A stretch of DNA of 64,000 nucleotides from Octopus vulgaris. Taxonomy: Eukaryota. This document shows positions 54,201 to 63,400 of the stretch, piece after piece (within the stretch, counting starts at the first letter, position 1; each line of letters opens with the position of its first letter). A model generated the notes under the pieces. The model worked only from the letters and a program-made list of their open reading frames with translations, did no database searches and was not told the origin of the DNA. The stretch lies in assembly GCA_951406725.2 (NCBI GenBank), contig OX597823.1, positions 54,436,001-54,500,000 on the forward strand. The letters are read 5' to 3'. Both the position numbers and the translations under genes were made by a program.

Positions 54201-57200
54201 AGACTGTCCTTAAATCTCCTCTTTGGTCTATGTGCTCATGTCATACAAGGTACTGAGCCTCATGAAAAGCTTGGTGCCTATACCTTCAAAGGCATTCTTG
54301 AAGCTGTTTCAGCAGCATCTTTTTAGTAATGAATAGACTGATTACATCAATTATATTACAAAAAAGTTTTTCTTTTATCAGGTGAGTAAAAACTAAGGTA
54401 AAAGAAGACAATTTTGAATGACCTGCTTTGTTAAGCACCATTCAAGTGAGTGAGAAAATACAGAGAATAGCTGAAATTTAAAAGGCTTCAATGCAACCAC
54501 ATGAGGCAGAGGTCAGCGACAATAAACTCTCAAAGAACTATCACAACCTATTTATGTCTTCAAAGGGAACTATGGAGATAACAGAAGACGGGAAGAAGAC
54601 ATAGAAAAAGGAGAAAAAAAGAAGGATTAAGGGAGAATGGGGGAAGAATTGCACTTGTAGATACAGCATAAATAAGTAAATGTTACAGGTAATGTCAAAA
54701 AGTCTTTAAACAATTCATTATATATGCACGAATAGGTTGCAATAGAGTTCATAGATACACTATGCCTGAAAAGAAAACAAAACAAAAAAAGAAGATGTTT
54801 ACAGTTGGGACATATTTAATCATAAATTAGCTTAATCAAGGTCAATCTGGTGTGGTTCAGCAATAACAAAAGATTTATTTACCTTTACGATGCACAAGAG
54901 TCTGACATACATTTAAAATAAACTTCTGTTTATCCTGCCCAGGCGATAAGTAAATGTAGTTGTTACTACTAAGTCTTAGTCCACTAAAATCATATTCATT
55001 GCCCTTGCTATCCTGTATTTTGCAGTTACTGGTTGTTATCTTTGGACAGACATGTCTTGTGGGCCACTCAAAGAGGTAGCTACAGTCATCTTTTTCTTCA
55101 ATAAAATGAGGTCCAGTTGTACCCTCCACATTTGGATCACAGGTGAAAATTATTATTGTCTTGCGGTTGAACTTCTTATGGCAATTTGATTTACCATCTT
55201 TGTAAGTCAAAAAAATGATGCCATCTTCATAAACAAGTTCATCACTTGTTTTTCCTGGAAATAGGAAAATAACACAAATAAATAAATAAAAATATAGATA
55301 ATATGATGATTTGGTCATTCCATTTATAAATATGTATGCATCTATGTGTGTGTCAAGGAGTGAAGTTGAGGAGTGAAAATGTGGAAAAAAAGAAAAGATA
55401 AATTATTGTTATGAATCTGCATTACAGAATAGTGTTTGTGTATGTGTGTGTATCCAGCTCCCCTTTAGGATATGGAAACACTAAAAAAAAAAAAAGGCTG
55501 GTTTCAAGAAAAAGTTAGAAATGGAATAATTGCCATATCACCTGAATAAAGACAGTTTTCTTCATTGTATGGTCCAATAAATTTAATTTGGAGGTGGTGA
55601 GTCTGTTGTATAGAAGTTTAGACTTTCATTTGATGAATGGGAAATATTTGCTCACAAGGGTTTATGTAATGTAGCAGTTTTGTTTTTCAAGGCTTCCATA
55701 GCTGGGAGGAGGAAGAGAAAGTATCCTTAAACTGAGGAGTTGGTCCCAATGCTAGTAGCATTAAGGGATTCACTAAAGGTACACAAAAGGCCTGGTGATG
55801 ATAGGGCCAGTATAGGACCCTGGACATTTACATAACTGTATAATTGTAAGCATAGCTATGTAGCTACAAAACTGATCAATGCTTTGTGAGTGGAACAGTT
55901 AGATGGAAACTGAGAGGAAGCTTGTGTGAGTGAGAGTGTGTATAATCATCATCATTTAATGTTTGTTTTCCATGCTGATATGGGTTGTATGGTTTGGCAG
56001 GATCTGGTAAGCCAGAGGACAATGCCAAGCTCTACTGTCTATCTTAGGAAGGTTTTTTTTTTACAGATGGATGCCCTTCCTAATGCCAACCACTTTACAG
56101 AGTGGACTGGGTACTTTTTAGACGGAACCAGTACCACATGGCACCAATATGTATATGTGTGTGTGTGTGTGTGTGTGTGCATCTCCACATTAGAAACACT
56201 TGAACAAAAGATGATGACCTTAGTTTGTGACTTTTAACATACAAAGACCAGTGGTATGAAAAATACCTTACTTGGAAAACAGATAAGGATTGGTGACACC
56301 TAGCTATAGAAAATCTGCTTCAACAAGTTTCATTGAACTTGTCTCAGCATGGAAAATAATCAACATGAAGATGATGATGACAACAACCCAATAATTGTAA
56401 TAGTTTCAATACAGCACAAGTTATGAATATTACCTTGCCCTTTTGGGTAAAGTACAACACTCTGCTCTTCTCAGTGCTTGCCTCACTACCAACAGGTTCT
56501 ACTCCTAGTTAATAATTGTTGTTGATGTTTAAGTTAGGCCTGGTCAATACATGCAAGCCATAACCATCTCTATTTTCTTTTCAGGCATAATTTATCTTGG
56601 ATAACAGGCCAAGTGACCATGTAGAGTTTGCCTTACTGGTTCAACTTCATAATTGTTGATGTTACTGTTAGAAGCTCCCATCAAGTATCAATGGAGAGGG
56701 AAACACAATTCTCTAACTCTCAGATATGCTAATGTATTTTTACCTAATGACTCGGGCTGTGAAAGGTTTGGTTTCCGTCTTGTCACAATTCCTGTCACAC
56801 TGGTTTGGTATGGGAATTACACGAAGGGTACACTTGTCTGTAGAATACTCAGTCACTTGCACATTAATTTAATCAAACAACTGACTGCGCATAATCAAAA
56901 CTGATGGCAGATCCATTATGTGGTCACTCAGTCTATTAGAAATAATAATTGTGCTCACAAACACAACCTCCTTTTTTAAATAAAGGGACACACTAAATAA
57001 TGTTAACCCTGGATACAGTATAAGAAAATGAAAGGCAAGATGACAATGGCTAGGATACTTCTGATCATATGCACTGAGGGTAAATTGAGCTGAATCACAA
57101 CCTACCCACACTTATACACACATATATACACATAACAAGCATCTTTCAGTTTCCCTCTACCAAATCCATTCACAAGGCTTTGGTCGGCCTGGGGCTGTTG

Positions 57201-59505
57201 TTGAAGATGCTTGCTCTAGGAGTCACAAAGTGATACTGAACCCAGAATCAAGTAGTTGAGACGCAAAACTTAACCACACAGTCATGCCTGCACTTATTAT
57301 TATTACTAATATTATCATCATCATCATCATCCTCAAAAGGTAGTGAGCCGGAAGAATCGTTAGCCCTCCATGCAAAATGTTTAGTGGCAATTCATTCATC
57401 TTTATGTTCTGAGTTCAAGTTCTGCTAAAGTTGACTTTGCCTTCCATCCTTTCGGGATCGATAAAATAAGTACCAGTCGAGAACTGGGGATCAATGTAAT
57501 CGACTAGTCCCCTTCCCCAAACTTGCTGGCCTTGTGCCTATAGTAGAAAGGATTATTATCATTATCATTATTGGCAGCGAGCTGGCAGGATCATTAACAC
57601 AACAGGCAAAATGCTTAGTAGCATTTCGTCTGTCTTTATGCTCTGAGTTCAAATTCTGCCAGGGTCAACTTTGCCTTTTCATCCTTTCGGGATCGATAAA
57701 ATAAGAACCAGTTGAACAGTGGGGTTGATATTATCAATTTAACCCTTCCCCAAACTTGCTGGCTCTGTGGCAAAATTTGAAATCCTCATCATTATTATTA
57801 TCATCGAGGAAGTGAGCTGACAGAATCGTTAGTATGCCAAGCAAGATGCTTAGTAGCATTTCACTTGTTGCTATGTTCTGAGTTCAAATTCCACCAAGGT
57901 CATCTTTGCTTTTCATTCTTTCAGGGCTGATAAATTAAGTCCAGCCTGGCCGTTTGCCAGCCTCGTCTGGCTCCTGTGCTGGTGGCACGTAAAAATCACC
58001 CACTACACTCATGGAGTGGTTGGCGTTAGGAAGGGCATCCAGCTGTAGAAACATTGCCAGATCAGACTGGGCCTGGTGCAACCTTCTGGCTTCCCAGACC
58101 CCAGTTGCACCGTCCAACCCATGCCAGCATGGAAAGTGGACGCTAAACGATGATGAACGACCAGTGAAACACTAGGGTCAATGTAATTGATTTATTCCCT
58201 TCCCACAAATTTCAGGTCATGTGCCGGTGGCACGTAAAAAGCACCATCCGTTCATGTCCGTTGCCAGCCTCGTCTGGCCCTCGTGCCGGTGGCACATAAA
58301 AAGCACCATCCATTCGTGGCCGTTTGCCAGCTCTGTCTGGCACCTGTGCGGGTGGCACGTAAAAAGCACCCACTACACTCACGGAGTGGTTGGTGTTAGG
58401 AAGGGCATCCAGCCATAGAAACACTGCCAGATTTGACTGGGTCTGATGAAGCCTTCTGGCTTCACAGACCCCAGTAGAACTGTCCAACCCATGCTAGCAT
58501 GGAAAACGGACGCTAAACGATGATGATGATGATGCCTTTAGTAGAAAGGATTATTACTAATCTGAGGTTAACTTTGCCTTTCATCCTTTTGTGGGGTTGA
58601 TAAAATAAGTACCAGTCAAGTCTGGGGTCGATGTAATTGATTTATCTCCCTCTCCCAAATTCCAGACCTTGTACCGATAGGAGAAAAGTTTATTATTATT
58701 ATTATTGATAAAGTGGTGAGTCGGCAGAACTGTTAGCACACCGGGGGAAATGCTTAGCAGTATTTCATCTACCTTCACATTCTGGATTCAAATTCTGCTG
58801 AGGTCAACTTTGCCTTTCATCCTTTCGGGGTCAATAAATTAAGTACCAATGAAACACTAGGTTTGATGTAATTGACTAGCCCCGTCCTAACAAAATTTCA
58901 GCCCTTGTGCCTTAATCAGAAAGGATTATTATTATTGTTGTTGGTGGTGGTGGTAGTGGTAGTAGTAGTATTTCTGTTAATTTTCTTACCAATATTGATT
59001 GCGAAAGATGGGTCTGAAGAACGTGTTTGGCAGGCTGCAGATCCAGTGTCCTTGTTGCATTCTGTTTTTTCAGTGTTCAAAGTTCCACACACATTGAGTA
59101 AAAAATCATAGCCACCGCCAATTACATGATAATTACCAGTTGATTTCCGTAACAGGTTCAAGTCAAATTCATTTTTATACAAAGGGTCAACAACTTTGCA
59201 AGACTTGCCTGTGATACGCTAGAAAGACATGCAAAAAAAAAAAAAAGAAATTTAATGAAAGAAAATAAGCATTTAAAAATGTGTCTAAGGAGAGTCATTA
59301 TGCTAATATAATTAACACACATACACTCTGGTTCAATTCCACTTCATTATTATTAGTCAAATGGCTAAATATCCAACTAACTCATTGATTTGTTTAATTT
59401 GTTTTGTTTTTGTTAGTCGAAACTCTTTCCTTGCCATTTGCAACCTTTTCCATGACTATTGACTTAGTCCGTAATGGAGACTGCATTTGTCTGTTTGAGA
59501 TATTG

Positions 59506-59581
<76 letters not shown>

Positions 59582-60379
59582 ACTGCTGCCACATAAAATG
59601 CACCCAGTACACTCTGTGGAGTGGTTGATATTAGGAAAGGCAGCCAGCCATGGAGATCATGCTAGAACAGACAACGAAGCCTGGTGTAGCCCATGGCTTT
59701 ACCAGCCCTGGTCAAATCATTCAACCCATGCAGCTGGCTGTAGAATATTTGGGTCAGATATGGCCAATTTAATGTGAAAGGTTTAAAAGAGAGATAACAA
59801 AGGAATATATAATTATCTGATAAACTTCAACTACAAGTCTACTGCATCTTATAACAGAAACAGCTGTAAGCTAATGAAGTTCATAAGATAATCATTTATT
59901 CCTTTGCCATCTCTCTTTCTTATATATATATATGTCATCATCATCGTTTAACGTCTGCTTTCCATGCTAGCAATGGGTTGGACGATTTGACTGAGGACTG
60001 GCGAACCAGATGGCTGCACCAGGCTCCAATCTAGATCTGGCAGAGTTTCTACAGCTGGATGCCCTTCCTAATGCCAACTACTCTGAGAGTGTAGTGGGTG
60101 CTTTTATGTGCCACTTGTACAAGGGCCAGTCAGGCAGTACTGGCAACGGCCACGCTTAAATGGTGTTTTTTTTACATGCCACCTGCACAGGAGCCAGTCC
60201 AGTGGCACTGGCAACGACCTCGCTCGAATATTTTTTCACATGCCACTGGCACAAGTGCCAGTAAGGAGACGCTGATAACAATTATGCTTGAATGGTGCTT
60301 TTTATGTGCCACTGGCACAGAAGCCAGTTAGCCACTCTGGCAATGATCATGCTCGGATGGTGCTCTCTCTCTCTCTCTG

Positions 60380-60435
<56 letters not shown>

Positions 60436-63400
60436 TGTATATATACACATATATCTATACATGTGTGTGTGTGTGTCTTTGTCTCCCACCATTGTTACAT
60501 TGTTTAAGTCCCCATAATTTAGCAGTTCAGCAAAAAGAGACCGACAGAATATAAATAAGTACTGGGGTTGATTCATCTGACTAAAAGTTCTTCAAGGTGA
60601 TACCCCAGCATGATATAAGAACTCAGTACCCTCAATAGTAAAATAGAGCCTTCAGCTTCATAGCATCTATCACATAAAGAAACCTTAGTTGAACCTGACT
60701 GAATAAGATTTCAATGTACACCTAGTGTCCACATATAGCTTGGCCTGAAAGAAATACCAGCAAAATCTCTCACCTCTCACACCTTAGTATCTTAGAAATA
60801 AAAGGACACACTAGATAAGGAATATCGAGAGACATTTTACCAGCCAAAAAAAAAAAATTGGATGCTGACAAAATGACAGGTATCGAGTCATAGCTAGCCA
60901 AGGATTAAACATGCTCAAATGGGTCCTTTGCCTAATTTCCTTCTAAAGACTTCCGCCACACAGCATCTCCCTAACTGCAGCTCTTTCTTGGTATAACTTA
61001 TTTTCCTTAACACCCAGAACCAATTCATTTGTGATCCATCCTTCATCCATTAATAATTTTCTCTACTAAAAAAATTTTCAATTCAATTTTGCTGCTTTCT
61101 CCACCTTTTTGTGCACTCTTAGTCATCTATTCTTCCAACCTCACCCAACTCGCACATCATTGATCATTGCCCACCCCTTATCCATCGTTCAAGCTTACCC
61201 AATCATTACAGTTGTCACCTACATCTCCCCCTTACACCCATTCTCTACCTCCCACTCCCTCAAACACTCTTGCAGCCTCCACTCAACCACATTCCTGGTT
61301 CCTCTATCTCCACTCATTCCTATTCACTTCATATCCTGATAGACGGAAACTGAAAGAAGCCCATCATATTTATGTATCATCATCATCATCATTTAACGTC
61401 CGCTTTCCATGCTAGCATGGGTTGGACGGTCCAACTGGGGTCTGGCAAGCCCGAAGGCTGCACCAGGCCAGTCAGATATGGCAGTGTTTCTACAGCTGGA
61501 TGCCCTTCCTAACGCCAACGACTCCGAGAGTGTAGTGGGTGATTTTATGTGCCACCGACACAGGTGCCAGACGAGGCTGGCAAACGGCCACGCTCGGATG
61601 GTGTTTTTTATGTGCCACCGACACAGGTGCCAGACGAGGCTGGCAGACGGCCACGCTCGGATGGTGTTTTTATGTGCCACCGACACAGGTGCCAGATGAG
61701 GCTGGCAAACGGCCACGATCGGATGGTGCTTGTTACGTACCCACAGCACGGAGGCCAGTCGATGCGGTACTGGCTACGGCCACGTTCGGATGGTTTTCTT
61801 GTGTGCCACGTGCCACCGGCACTGGTACCACAAAGATACAAATTCCATTGATGTTCATCTATTTTGATTTGTTTGTGTGTGTGTGTCTTTGTGTCTGCTC
61901 CCACCCCCACCCCCACCATCACTTGACAAATGATGTTGATGTGTTTACGTCCCCATAACTTAGCAGTTTGGCAAAAGAAGCCAATCGTATAAGTATTAGG
62001 CTTACAAAGAATAAGTCCTGGGGTTGATTTCTTTGAATAAAGAAAAAAACTCTTTAAGGCAGTGCTCCAGCATGGCCACAGTCAATTGACTGAAACAAGT
62101 AAAAGAATATAGCTCCTCTACAGCAAGAAGCCTGTTCTGCTCCACCTCCTTCCTTCATACTTTAACCCCTCATCTAGCATAAAGCTAATCCCACCACTAA
62201 GGGATCATAGCCTTTCTAGCTGCATTGCAATCTCAATAGTGCAGGTGCTATGAAAAAAGGCTTCAGTACAAACTATGAAGAGGGTTAGAGCTAGGAAAGG
62301 CATCCAGTCATAGAAACAATACCAAAGCAGTCGCTAGAGTGTGATGCAGTCCATGGACACACAATGAGGAAGACAACCATCTCTAAAGATCCACTATGTT
62401 ATCACTCAATGTACTATAAAACAGCAACCAAATCATCACAGCTTCACTGTTTTAAAAATGGGAAAGAAACATTGGATGATAGAATCCTAGATATACTTGG
62501 CCAGTTCACAGACGACCTGGAGCTAAGCAACAACAGCAACAACGACCACTATATGTAAGTGAATAACCTGTGATTGATGTGGCTACTGTCAGATTATAAT
62601 GCTGACGCAGCGCTTTATATGAAACGGTGACTGTGTTATAACTATCTCTTATCTGTCGCTAAGAACAGCAGTCAAACACCAGTTGGCACTGAGCGCTTTG
62701 TACAAACAGCAGTTGTGTAGTTACTGTATCACTCTAAGAACAGTAACCAAACACCAGCCTTTGACTGCTGTGACTACTGTCAGAGATAATGCTGTATGCT
62801 CTGTACAAACAGTAGTTGTATAGTAAAAATATCTCTCTAAGTACAGCAGCTGGACATCAATGATATTTCATGTAAAGCACAAAACAGTAGCTCATTACTT
62901 CTGATTTCCAAATCTATTACATTTCATATATGATTTTTTTTTCTTTTACTTGTTTCAGTCATTAGACTGCAGCCATGCTGGGGCACTGCCTGGAAGAACT
63001 ATTAGTCAATTGAATTGACCCCAGAATGCAATTTCTTTTCATTTCTTTTCTTTTTTTTTTTTTTAAAGTTGGTACTTATTCTATTGGTCTCTTTTGCTGA
63101 ACCACTGAGTTAAGGAGATGTAAACACATCAACACTAGTGTGAAGCTGCTGTGTGGCACACACACACACACACACACTGGGCTTCTTTCAGCTTTCAACT
63201 ACCAAATCCACTTGCAAGGCTTTAGTCAGCCTAGAGTAGAAGACACTTGCCAAAGTGCCATGCAGTGGGGCTGAACCTGGAACCATGTGGGTGGGAAGCA
63301 AACTTCTTACCACACAGCCAAACCTGTACCTATAATCATGATAATTCTTTTACTGCTTTCATCCACTAGACTTTGGCCACTTTAGGGCACCACATTCAAA

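Noticed and set aside
52870-54560. Possible old DNA-transposon remnant
   Set aside because: I could not identify convincing paired TIRs or a transposase motif.
61540-61830. CRISPR-like repeat-spacer appearance of ~60-bp units
   Set aside because: The apparent spacers are homologous to each other, the array is the RTE 3' UTR, the context is a eukaryotic intron, and no cas genes are present.
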